A DNA stretch of 53,434 bases, the filler included, from Jimgerdemannia flammicorona (lineage: Eukaryota): NCBI GenBank assembly GCA_003990765.1. It is 2 parts of 2 records of this genome, joined end to end, with 100 filler letters (N's around TTAATTAATTAA, not from the genome) between each part and the next. Parts side by side here need not be neighbours in the genome. Positions count along the whole stretch, not along the records: positions 1 to 26,673 come from RBNJ01000706.1; 1 more part is not named here. One strand, given 5' to 3'. This document shows, piece by piece, positions 1 through 11,674 of this stretch. Within the stretch, counting starts at the first letter, position 1. The number at the start of each line of letters is the position of its first letter. The notes below the pieces were generated by a model, which saw only the letters and a program-made list of their open reading frames with translations, was not told where the DNA came from and did not search any database. A program made the translations under genes and the position numbers.

Positions 1-429
1 AAAAAAAAAAGGATGATACGACGCCGAGAATCGAAGGAAAGCGTCCAGAAAGGCTGGCGGGTCAGGTCGGATTTTTGCAGAGCACTGCATATGGCTATCT
101 CGGGCATCAACAGCTATTCAGCGAGGCCGCGAGCTGGTTGCCAAGGATGGTGCGGTGGTTTCATGAAGTCAGGGAAAGGTTATCATTCACTTGACAGCCG
201 GCGCAAAGTAGACTATAGTATTTTTGCCGGGCTTTATGGTGTGAATGTTGTATCGTCCATTGGTGTCCGCGTGGCGTGGACCTCATTGTAGACAATCAGT
301 TGAGCCGACGAACGCATTAAGAGCGACCCCACCAGTCTCGTCAGGCAATTCTTCATCCATTCCCACGTATCACCAAACAACCCTCGCAATAAAAACCTCA
401 TAAGAAATAAAAAACACTCAACTCAGCCC

Positions 430-1250
430 TCGCTACCCAGTTCGGGTGCACAGGTAACACGCGCTCAATCTCCCTCAATGGCCTTCAGCTTTCTCAGAAA
501 AGTATGGTCCGTCATATCCGGGCCTCGAGGCCCTCGAGGTTCTCGGCGAGCTCAGCAGGGAAGGCGTCTGTGGTCTGCTCGTCGGCAAACCAGCTACTCT
601 ATCTGCAGAGAGATCAACTCGCCGATATTCTGAAACTTTCGAAGGCTGCCATACTCCTTAATACATAACGTGTAGCGGTTGGCGCCGTTGCTATAACCCT
701 TGGAGTTGGTGATGCGAACTTCGGAGTCGCCGATCCAGAGCATAGCCTTCAGCTCGTGGATCGCTCGCCTTGATAATCACACCTTCGTCTGAATCGGAGT
801 TTAGATTTCGCACGGAGATTAGATGGCGGCAAGGTAGGTATTGGAGGTGAAACACAGACTGCCATGCATCGACGCATTGCTTTTTGTTTACTTTGCACCC
901 GTTCTAGGAGGGCTCTTTTCGTCACATTGACGGAGACGTTACGGCTGCATCCGTTGTGTCAATTCGCAAGGTTTGTGCATCCGCAACATGGGTGTCGGGA
1001 TGTGCGGGCAGGATCACAGCATCCGAAATAGATGGCGACAGATGCGAAGGATTTCTGTGGGATTTACTTCCATTTGTTGTGAAGTTAACGGGAGGATCCG
1101 AGTTATGATGGATTGACACACCTTGCTGACTTTCAGCGTTTCAGGTGTACTGGAAGGTTGTCCATGTGTAATTGTGATAGGGACAGAGGATGAATTTCGG
1201 TATGCTGCTATGAGCACCGTTGACGTGGTCAAGGAGGCACTATGTAGCAT
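430..1250 (-). pseudogene. Degenerate copy of unknown repeated ORF 'module B'
   Basis: Broken translation (…AIHELKAMLWIGDSEVRITNSKGYSNGANRYTLCIKEYG…) matches ORF 8451..8747 (AIHELKTMLWVGNAEVRIANSKYCSNGANRYVLCIWEYG). It carries stops and frameshifts. Boundaries approximate. Confidence 0.55.
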
Positions 1251-1256
1251 ATTTTG

Positions 1257-1455
1257 TATTGGGGCTGAATAAACTAGGATCTAGGCTTTTAGCTGTTAAA
1301 ATAAGATCATGAAGTAAAAATGGCATATTCTCAAGTTTTAGGTCATTACTAATATGTAATGTTTTTCTCTTAAAGTTCTTATATTATATTCCAACATTGC
1401 AATATCTTGTCATTCTCTATATTATTAAATAAAACCTTTCTGTAGTAACTTAACT

Positions 1456-1495
<40 letters not shown>

Positions 1496-1750
1496 TATAT
1501 TTTAATAATATGTTTATAAATTATATAAGATCTATTTTGATTTTATAAAAAATCTCTTATGATTTTTATAGAAAAAATATATCTTTTAGTTTATTGATAT
1601 ATAAATATTTGTATATTAGTTTTATTTAAAATAATTTATATAATTAACTTTATATTTTATACAAATTTGCCTGCAAAATGAACTAGAAGATATCAAAAAC
1701 AAGGTATTCATTATGAGTAATTTTTTAATAATAATAACATAAAGAAATTT
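1257..1750. repeat. AT-rich decayed repeat/MITE-like relic related to 10745-11030
   Basis: Shared words: gatctaggcttttagctgttaaaa vs gatataggtttttaactgttacaaaa, and ttctcaagttttaggtcatt vs ttctcaagttctagatcatt. Very low GC. Confidence 0.45.
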
Positions 1751-1969
1751 GAATATCAAAGGCCAGCTTACGGCTAGCACCCACTATATCTTCTGACTTT
1801 GTTCCGCATGCCGCATGCCCGTGGATATGATGGGACCCACGAAATTCACCCGCTACCCTACTATACATGGAAGCCTGATCAGCAATCTACCTCAGTACCA
1901 ATAATAACGAACCCCACGCATCTGGATACTTCCATCATGACCCTCTCCCATGTGACCACCTCACGTGCC

Positions 1970-2540
1970 CGATGATGCAGCCGTCACGCCACCGTCAATT
2001 TGGAAGTGCATGTGGGCGCAAGGACGAAAAAAATGCGTCGACATTCCGCCATCGGATCTCGGTGCGAACTCTTGACTCCCGCTTCGGACAAAGGTGTAAT
2101 CCTCTAGGCAATCCGCAAGGGTTGCAGCAATGACACCAACCGCTATGCGTTAGTATTAATAGGTACGGTGGCCTTCAAAGTTTCAGCTTCTCGGGAATGG
2201 CGGCAGCTAGTCTCTATGTAGATAGAGTATATCAGGCGAATCTGGTTTGCCGACGAGCAGACCACAGACGCCCCTCCACCGAGTCCCCGGATCTCCCATT
2301 GACGTGGATGAACTTCGAGGACCTCGAGGAATTCGAGGATCTCGAGAAATTCGAGGCCGGGTATGACGGAACAAACCTTCCTGGACTGTAATCGAAGATG
2401 AAAGGTCCTTGAGGGAGGTTGAACTACGTGTTGTCTGGGTACCAGCAGCTGACTGGGTGGCAAGAGTTGAGGCGAGGATGGACAGGAGGGGTTTGGCTAT
2501 TTTATTTCTTGTGATGAGATTTTATAGGAAGGGTTGTAAT
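1970..2540 (+). pseudogene. Degenerate inverted copy of module B
   Basis: gatgcagccgtcacgcc…, ctggtttgccgacgagcagaccacagacg and related words are the reverse complement of 370-960. Confidence 0.55.
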
Positions 2541-2867
2541 AAATTTTCGAGATGGCATTATGAAGAGATGTTTGACGAAATGTTTGAAATGTTGTGGTCA
2601 CTTTTGATATGTTCAGCTCTCGACGTCTACTCAAATAATCATTTACAATGCGACCCACGCCACGCGATCACGCAACATCCACACCATGTGCAAAATTCAA
2701 GGCTCTTCGGCATAGTCTGCTTTGCGCCCGCTGCCGAGTGGACGACATCCTTTCTCAGACTTCATGGAACCGCTGCACCGCTCTTGGTAACCAACTCGCG
2801 GCCTCACCGAATAGCACCAACAATTAATCCCGCTCTTACCGACGCCAGTCGCATTGTTCGATTTTAA

Positions 2868-2902
<35 letters not shown>

Positions 2903-3561
2903 GGCTGCCTCGCAAAGTTTCGTGAGTTACGTTGTAACGGCCGATCATGGGGTTAAAACCACGTAATTCCCCGGGAAACCTCCAGATTTTCAGGTTCGTC
3001 AAACAGCCTAACGACGTGCGTTCGGAAGTGAGGGCCGACCTCATTCCCAACGCGCGTCGACTAGTACCACGCGTTTGAGCACTTCGTCATCGTTCACGAC
3101 GCGGACTCAAGCAGAATTGAGAGGGCTTCCTGCGCCATATGGTCAGGGGGTGTCCAAGATTTGAGGCCATGTCGTTAAGGATAATGGAACAGGAATTAGT
3201 GGACGTATTGCTGGAAGCTGGGCACGAGTGGCAGAAGGATGGAGGGCTGTTTCTCTTGGGAGATTATTGGAAAAGCGTAGTTGAAGGGTTGGTTCAGTAG
3301 GTGGATCGTCGTAATTGCGGTGGAAGAGTTCATAGCGCAACAGGAGACTACGGGAGTTTATGGTTATACCATTTTCATGAAATATTGTAATGCGAATTAT
3401 CCGTTGAATATGATTAGTTTTTTTTTTTCTTTTTTTTCTGGGCATACACTTACGTCAGCAGAGCCAAATAAACATAAAAACGCGAAAAAATTCTTCACAG
3501 CCAACTTTCTTGGTTGCCTAAGACCTTCACCAACCCACATACAACTAGCAAACTGGAGGCT

Positions 3562-3860
3562 TCATCTCCGCTGAGGCCTGCCATGGATTAGCTCGACAGA
3601 ATCCTCCTCCAACGTCACTAAAGCCTCCAATCGTTTCCTGTAGTATATCATATACACCGAATCTCCGAGCCGAGCCAAGTCAACTCCGCCTCGATATATC
3701 TCAGCCTCAATATCTAAGCCAATTACAGACAATTCGGACTCCATCTTCAATGTCAGGTCCGACCAGAATAGCAGGGTTCCGACTCAACAACTCAAGCCCT
3801 CCAAACGTGACAGCGCTCCGTGTGTTCACCAACTGACAATCACTCATTATCCTAACACTA
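3562..3860 (-). pseudogene. Small unknown ORF remnant 'module C' downstream of zinc-cluster gene copy 1
   Basis: ESELSVIGLDIEAEIY resembles ESEVVIFRLDIGICIF at 11308..11493. Both share actgacaatcactca and sit in the same position relative to module A. Confidence 0.35.
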
Positions 3861-3962
3861 TAGAAAAACTCCGCTCCGGCTTTGGCTAAACGGAATCCGA
3901 AGCCGTTTATACTTTATACGGGTGTGTAATCTGATGATATTTATAGTTGTAATTCATAATTT

Positions 3963-5360
3963 CTACTCTATATAATGCATATGAGGGTCATATATACGAT
4001 AACCAAAGAATATAATATCCGTAATTTCGGTCACCTTAACCGAAAAATTGGTGAGATCCGCATGATGAGGTCCGAGACAGAAGTCATTATGCAGGCATAT
4101 ACAGTCATACCAAACCAATGTACGCCATATCATAAACCCCTTGATGGTATCTTTACAAACTCCCAGTGGCTCCCAATCAAATTCAAAGAATTCAGAGAGC
4201 GCTTGAGAGCATCCACTGCACACTTCGATCTGAAATACATCTTGGATCTCTTTCAAAATCCCTAGAAAGGCCTTTACATCGCCTTCAATAGTCGGATGGC
4301 TTCGTAAAATACGAGCCCTTTCGAGGAAGGTTCCCAGCTGACAGACCATATCGAGAACTTCACAGGCTGCATCGTCTGAAGCGGCGATGACAAAGCGGGA
4401 ATCCAGCTCCGGTTGCAACCATTTACACTGCATCACATGAGGTGTAAATGCTGTTGCAAATGATCCTTGGGTTAGATCCTCCACAATGTCACTGACAATC
4501 CTTGGCAATAACCTTTCTGCACATATGGATGCGATGGCGCTTGAAATAGACCGAAGGGTAAATCTAATCTTGGAGCGGAAGGCTTGACGTTGTGTTACTG
4601 TCTCGAGCGGGGTTACCTCTCGAACTTGTACAGGGGCGGAGCGAGTGGCCGGCGAGACCGCGAGTTGGTTGCCAAGGATGGTGCGGTGGTTCCGTGAAGC
4701 CAAGGGAAGGCTGTCGCCCACTTGACAGTGGGTGCAAAGCAGACTATTGGATGTTTGCCGGGGAGCCTTGCATCTTACACACAATGTGAATGTTGCACCA
4801 TCCGTTGGTGGCCGCGGGGCGTGGGCCGCATTGTAGACAATCAATTGAGTCGATGGCGAGAGCGCCGCTAGATGTGTCGGAATTTGATGTGGTGCCGTTT
4901 CTCCGTTCGTCGCTGTTTGAACGGTATCGCGGGGGGTCGTTTCTATGAATGTCATACGGGATGACCCGGACGTGGTTGCGATTATTTCCAGACTCTCAGA
5001 ACGGGAGCGAGACCGTTGAAGAGCCTTCTGGGCCTTCTTTATTAACCTCCTTTCCGGCTGAGGTTGGCAGGATTCTCCGGCGTCTTGACAACGGTGGCAT
5101 GGAACACCCTTGCACGTTTTCTTGAGCGTCTTGCAGCGGATACACACAATGCCAGGAACGTTCCTCTTACGAGCGTTCTCATTGACATGCGGGCAGCCTT
5201 TCTTTTTCTGGCGGCATGGTATGCATGCCTTATGCTGGACGGTTGGGGTGACGTGATCTGACGTATGATTTGGAGGTGGGCTCGTGTTCATTTTCAAGCT
5301 CATAAATTCGTCGGGCATATGGTCGGGAGCCGATGTCGAGATCGGTGACTGGTCAGACAT
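3963..5360 (-). CDS. Intronless Zn2Cys6-like/C4 zinc-finger protein (module A, copy 1), ~465 aa
   Basis: ACIPCRQKKKGC + VCIRCKTLKKTCKGVPCHRCQDAGESC, and CVRC-x11-CTHC. Start placed at ATG 5360 (MSDQSP) by alignment with copy 2. TATAAA-like boxes lie upstream. Confidence 0.75.
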   Translation of the reverse strand: MSDQSPISTSAPDHMPDEFMSLKMNTSPPPNHTSDHVTPTVQHKACIPCRQKKKGCPHVNENARKRNVPGIVCIRCKTLKKTCKGVPCHRCQDAGESCQPQPERRLIKKAQKALQRSRSRSESLEIIATTSGSSRMTFIETTPRDTVQTATNGETAPHQIPTHLAALSPSTQLIVYNAAHAPRPPTDGATFTLCVRCKAPRQTSNSLLCTHCQVGDSLPLASRNHRTILGNQLAVSPATRSAPVQVREVTPLETVTQRQAFRSKIRFTLRSISSAIASICAERLLPRIVSDIVEDLTQGSFATAFTPHVMQCKWLQPELDSRFVIAASDDAACEVLDMVCQLGTFLERARILRSHPTIEGDVKAFLGILKEIQDVFQIEVCSGCSQALSEFFEFDWEPLGVCKDTIKGFMIWRTLVWYDCICLHNDFCLGPHHADLTNFSVKVTEITDIIFFGYRIYDPHMHYIE

Positions 5361-6139
5361 GTGGTCGGAGCCGATGGTGGAAGCCGGCTTCAAGGAAAAG
5401 GTCACTTCAAATAATTGCTGATTTATAGATTTATAATAGGTCGGAACCCGCACTAAGGTAGAATCGGAGGTGGAGCGTGATATGTGCAAGCAAAAACAAA
5501 CACAAAACAGGAATATACATGTATTAACATGCAAGCAGCAAGTTATCGGAGGATCTAGGCTCCTCTCGGAGTTTGTTTTGATATATATTTGCTGTGCATA
5601 ACACCAAATAATTGTGTTTGGTGACTCCAAAACATGCTCGGAATGAAATCGGGCAGATCACCGACCCGTTTATCACGTTTCCACTTAGGGATTAATGAAC
5701 TATATATTTCAAGGTCTGCCGATTGCTTTTGTTTTTTGTTTTTTTTATTTTTATTTTTTTTTTATTGACGTCCAATGATGGTTAATCCAAAAATCATTCA
5801 AGGACCCAACATCCTAAGTGCGGCAGGCGTCTCTCTCTATCATTTGATATCAGATGCAAAGTTTTATTATCAAACGCGTAGAGGAGCGGCTGACTTGCCG
5901 ACTTCAGCAAACGGCGCAAGGTATAGGACCCTCGTGAGTGCAGGACACGCAGAGTGCAGGACCATCGGCGCCAAATGCTGGACCCTTGACTCCGAATACA
6001 GGATCCTCGACGCCGAATGCGGGACGCAGCAATAACGGAAGAGCGACCCCACCAACATCCAAAACATCTCTTTTTACACAATTAATTCATTTACATGTCT
6101 CACAAAATATCCCTCCTTGTAGCTGCCGGTATCCAATTA

Positions 6140-6245
6140 CCATAACTCGGCTTAGCCCAACAGGGCGACGCGAGCCATAACTCGGCTTAGCCCAACAGGG
6201 CGACGCGAGCCATAACTCGGCTTAGCCCAACATAGCAGCGCGAGC
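6140..6245. repeat. 35-bp tandem repeat x3
   Basis: CCATAACTCGGCTTAGCCCAACAGGGCGACGCGAG head-to-tail, third copy diverged, no spacers. Confidence 0.9.
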
Positions 6246-7725
6246 ATTACATGACCTACCAGTTTGGAAGCAAAGTAGAAGCCCTTGGGTCATGTCTCAA
6301 TTCCAATGACAATTTATTGTGTCCTACATACAACATTACTGGTACCCGAATATCGCTACCATCAACACGATCGATAATGTGCATTAAGGAGTACGGCGGC
6401 CTTCAAAAGCTTCGACTCGAGAATAGCGGCGAGTTGATCTCATGCAGATAGAGTACATAAAGCGAAACTGGTTTGCCTATGAGCAGACCAAAGACGCCGC
6501 CCCGCCAAGTTCCTGAGTAATCCTCATTCGTGAATGGATATTGAGAACTTTCTTGTGGATAAAATAAACGTGTTCCCTCATTCTTCGTATTGGGGAGCTT
6601 GGAATGATCGACATTGCTTGAGACCAGATATGACTGTCTCATTAACGGTAAGACCTGTGCATTCGCAGTACGCCATGTGCTCGGGCTTTGAAGCGACCTG
6701 CGAGCCATAGGTGGGGGCCAGAAAATGACGGTTTATCACAACATCCGAAGGACCTCCGCGGTTCGCTGTTATTTGACGGGAGGATCCGAATTGAGGTATT
6801 GGCAATGACAAAGCAGACATCTAACCTCGGTTGTAACTATTTGCACTGTATTATCGCATGATCCGGGTACGATGATCCTTGAGTTATATATCACTGATAA
6901 TTCTTGGCAGTAGCATATTTCTCAACGATTCGCCGCTCAAATTCAATGATTTTGATTGAGATGGAAAAGGGGTTCTCAAATTTGGATGTCGCGTCGCCGA
7001 AAAATATGGAAAACGTTCAGTTCACTGGTCATAGTTAGCCATGGCAACGACAACACAATCCATCGTAACATCATTAAGCATAACAGAATCGAGGCAGTCC
7101 CAAAAAAAAAAAGACAAATTCGTCAAATTCGGATGATGCGACGCTGGAAGGGCGGGCCAGTACGTATGGCTATCGCAGGCGCCGGGTTATTTTTCGGAGC
7201 AATTTCGAGGAGCTAAATTTAACGCCAAAATTAATAACCACGTGGAGAGGGGGGGGTCATCATGAACGTGACAAACAAAATTATGTATACATCAGCAAAT
7301 TGACATTAACAATATTTGCAACACAACGAAATCTTAGATTTTCGTCTTGTCCTTTTCAAATAATTTATTTACCTTCTGCTTTATTGTGGTGCCTAGTTAG
7401 TCGGGGGGACCACTTTGCATTTGCCCACTTAACCTCCCGCAGGACGCAGTAGAATACCGAAGGAGTACGTAAGCCTTCCCAATATCCTGAACCCCATCAA
7501 TATTTCGAAAACACATCCGATTCGATTCGTTGAGCGAAATTGTCTCAAATGTATGGTCACCACCTTTTTTGCCCGACATTTCGACAGGGTATTATAAACC
7601 TCTTAAAAGTATCTTTACAAAATTTGGCCGTTGCGTTACCGAAAGCGCTCAATCCACTGGTCATGACGGGTAATGACAATATAACACATTATAACTCAAC
7701 GAAACACTGTTAGCATAGTAATTCG

Positions 7726-7795
<70 letters not shown>

Positions 7796-8269
7796 GATGA
7801 TGTGACACCAAGAAACGAAGGAAAACGTCCAGAAGGGCAGGCGGGTCAAGTCAGGTTTTCGCAGAGTATTATATGTGGTTGTCTCGGGCGTCAACAGCTT
7901 TCAGTGAGGCCGCACGCTGGCCGCTAAGGATGGTGCAGTGGTTTCATGAAGCCAGGGAAAGGTTATCATCCACTAGACAGCGGGCACAAAGTACTAGTAT
8001 GTTTGCTGGGCTTTGCATTTTGCTCATGGTGTGGATGTTATCGTCCACTGGTGTCTGCGTGGCGTGGGCCACATTGTGGACAATAAGTTGAGCCGACGAT
8101 GAAAGTTGAATGTATTAAGAGCGACTACACCTATCTCGTCAAGCATCTCTTCATCCATTCTCATGTATCACCAAATATCCTAGCAATAAAAATCTCAAGA
8201 AATAAAAAACAGTCAAAATCCTCCCATCCATTCCTGCCTCAGCCCAAGCTACCCAGGCAGTCCTGGTGC

Positions 8270-9232
8270 AAAGGCAACACAGTACGCTCAATCTCCCTCA
8301 ATGGCCTTCAGCTTTCCCAGAAATTTCTGGTCCGTCATACTTGGCCTCGAGATTCTCGAAGTACTCGAGGTTTAACCACGCCAATGGAAAGTCCAGAAAC
8401 TCGGCGAACTCAGCAGGGGCGGCTGTGGTCTGCTCGTCGACAAACCAGTTTCACCTGCTGTACTCTATCTGCATAGAGATCAGCTTGTCGATATTCTCGA
8501 GAAGCTGAAGGTTGCCGTACTCCCAGATACATAACACGTAGCGGTTGGCGCCGTTGCTACAATACTTGGAGTTGGCGATACGAACTTCGGCATTGCCGAC
8601 CCAGAGCATGGTCTTTAGTTCATGGATCGCCTTGATTATTACACCTTCGTCTGAAGCAGGTATTAAGATTTTGCACCGAGATTCGATGGCGGTACTGTAG
8701 GTATGGAGTTGAAACACAGGTTGCCATGCTTGTGACAATGACGACACGGGTGGTCATCGACTCATTACTTTTTGTTGACTTTGCACCCAGCACACGCTGT
8801 TCCAAGAGGGCCTCTTTTCGGGAGACGTGATGGCTACAGAATTCATAAGTTTTGTGCATCCACAGCATGGCACGTGATTGGGTGTCAGAGTGGCCCGCGA
8901 GCCGTAGGTGTGGGCCAGGATCACAGCATCCCGAAATGGATGGCGACAGATGCCATGAGATTCGCTGCTATTTGTTAGGAGTTGATGAGAGGATCCGAGT
9001 TGTGGTGGATTGGTGCACCATGCTGACTTTTGGCATTCAGGTGTACCAAAAGGTTGTCCATGCCCATGAAGATCTTCATAGGGACAGCGGATGTGCTGCT
9101 GTGGGCCCCATTTACATGGGACTCCATGTCGTCATTGATCCACTGGAGGGGTTCGTACCAAAGACATAGTGTTCACTTAGTGAGAGAATAAGCCTTGATT
9201 TGGCATTGAAGTTTCCGACAGTTTCCTCCATG
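8270..9232 (-). pseudogene. Longest degenerate copy of module B
   Basis: Includes ORF 8451..8747 and in-frame continuation after a stop (NWFVDEQTTAAPAEF…). Homologous to 430-1250 and 1970-2540. Confidence 0.55.
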
Positions 9233-9538
9233 GATTATCGTATTTTCATGAGGAACAGGCGACTTAACATGTTGCTTCGGCTGAGCAGGGCGACCAAATT
9301 TCTTCCCTTTAGCTGGAAAGAGGAAAAACTTCGCCGCAAGAAAAAGGGCACTTTATATAATTATGTATAGTGCTTGGTGTATGTGTCGGGATAAGTCACA
9401 TGTGTGGCTTGATAAATTTAACTTACCATACTTTTCATCGTTTATAACCGCGAAGGATTCAATACTTAGATATGTTGCACAGTAATTTGATTATCAGATG
9501 CAAAATGACGGATTCAAGGATGCAACAAATATTCTATT

Positions 9539-9608
<70 letters not shown>

Positions 9609-10164
9609 AGACCTTTCACCTTTTCCTTTTCCTGCACCCAGCATCGAGGATCCTATACCTAGGGCTGTTTGCCAAAGTCGATAAGTGGCAAACGAATTTA
9701 CCGAAGGAGTGCATAAACTCACCAACCTTCGAATCACCTTCTCAACATCCTTTTCTCATTCTCATATCTCACAAAACATCTCTTCTTGTCCATCCTCGCC
9801 TCAGCCATCGCCTCAGCCCTCATTATTGAGGTAATTGCCGGTGCGTAGTGCAAGTATTACCTGACCTACCAACTTAAGACCTTGAATTATGTCTCGATTC
9901 CAATGATAATTTGTTGTAGCCTACATACAGTATACCAAGTATTCCAAATACTGTTACCATCAACGTACGCTTCCCTCGGCTTCCTCGGCAAATGATGCGA
10001 ATCGCAAAGCCTTCAAATTTGGATGCATTTTATTTCTCCTCACCTTATGGTGAGTCACCATCCTACATGAGCTCGATAAATTATTGGCATCGTTGACCTT
10101 GATGGTTTCTTTATAAAACACGAGTTTTTATTTTATTTCATTTTATTTTTATTTTTTTTGGGAA

Positions 10165-10530
10165 AAGGTTCCCAGCGACAGACTATTTTGAGAAACTCAT
10201 GGGGTATATACATTGTCTGAAGTGGCGATGACAAAGTGGGAATCCAACTCTGGTCGTAACCATTTACACTGCAACACATGAAATGTAAATGCTGCCGTAA
10301 ACGATCCTTTGGTTAGGCCTTTCACAGTGTCACTGACAATCCTTGGCAGTAACCATTCCGCACGATAGCGCTTAAAATAGACGGGCGGGGGGCTGACTGT
10401 TTTTTCGGACGGCGCTACCTCTTGGAGCTGTCCGACGGCGGCGTGGACCGCGCTGTAGATAATTAGTTGAGTCGACGGCAAAATCGTCGCTAGATGTGGT
10501 GTTGTTTCACTGTTCGTCGTCGTTGCGGGG
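10165..10530 (-). pseudogene. Internally deleted fragment of module A
   Basis: ORF 10197..10556 carries TQLIIYSAVHA and LLPRIVSDTVKGLTKGSFTAAFTFHVLQCKWLRPELDSHFVIA, matching module A. Confidence 0.75.
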
Positions 10531-10587
10531 ACAATGTCATACGAGTCGGAAGTCACAGGGATATGGCGAGCAAAGCACTCAGGTGAC

Positions 10588-10658
10588 TCGGCGGCTCGGC
10601 GGGCGGGCTCGGCGGCTCGGCGGGCGGGCTCGGCGGCTCGGCGGGCGGGCTCGGCGGC
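10588..10658. repeat. GC-rich 21-bp tandem repeat (~3.4 copies)
   Basis: CTCGGCGGCTCGGCGGGCGGG units. Confidence 0.9.
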
Positions 10659-11674
10659 ATGGGACGTGGGAAATTATGCTGATCATTTTTCGTATATACT
10701 CATTTGCTTGTGTCTGCTGCAGAAATCGTGAGTTATATAGTATATTTTTGTTAGGGCTGAAATTGGTTATAATTTATCACTAACAAACAAGGATATAGGT
10801 TTTTAACTGTTACAAAAGTAAGAAAGATTGTAAAGTGAAAATGACAAGATAGAAATTATTTGTAACGTTAATTAATATAGTATTCAAATTCATTCTCAAG
10901 TTCTAGATCATTTATCAATAATATTTTATAAAGCCTTTATATCTTATTATATTTATTATCAATAATAATAATAATTGATACAACTATTTTTATTATACAT
11001 TATATGTATAATGATTGAATTTTTTTTTTGCTTGAAGAAGAGATGCCTGACGAGATGTTTGGAATGTCGGTGGGGTCACTCTTCACACGTTCGGCTCCCA
11101 ACTGGTTATCTACAATGCGGCCTATGCCACGCGGACACCAGTGGAACCAGCGCAACCAACCCGCAAGCCGGCGCTGAGGGCTGCCATAGCTAGCTCGAGA
11201 GTATCCTCTATCAAACACATCTATTGGCTTTCCATCTATTCGTAAAATCAATTTTTTTTTTTTTTTTTTTTTTTTTGCAATGCTCCCATACTATGCATAT
11301 TGCAATATTAAATCCTCCGAACTGAAGCACGCAGAGTCATGCACAGCTTTTCGAAAATACAAATTCCAATATCCAACCGGAATATCACAACCTCTGACTC
11401 AACATGCGTCAGTCCTATAAAACTCACCTCATTTGCACTCCACGCATCGGATTCCATTTTCGACTGACAATCACTCACGGGGCGCCAGATCACCCGATGT
11501 TGGGTGATCTTTAGGACTCGGGAGAGTTGGAATAGGCTAAGATTGTCCCAAAGTAACTCCGCTCCAGTTTAAATTAGTATTATTGACGGACTCTAACGCC
11601 GTATATGCATATATATATACATAATCTCATAATCTATATAGTTACTATTCTATAAAAGCTTATGAGGATCATAA

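Noticed and set aside
3139..3410. Coding-like remnant (MSLRIMEQELVDVLLEAGHEW…)
   Set aside because: Short, interrupted and single-copy here; no family could be assigned.
5361..5630. 90-aa N-terminal extension of ORF 3963..5630
   Set aside because: Starts at a non-ATG codon, is absent from paralog 11675..13030, and the region looks like promoter (TATAAA boxes).
6140..6245. 35-bp repeats as a CRISPR array
   Set aside because: Head-to-tail with no spacers, eukaryotic context, no cas genes.
1..7791. A-tracts as retroposition poly(A) tails of the A/B unit
   Set aside because: On the coding strand of modules A and B the tract reads poly(T), and no TSDs were seen.
7661..9737. Poly-Lys and poly-Phe ORFs
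   Set aside because: Translations of A/T homopolymer runs.
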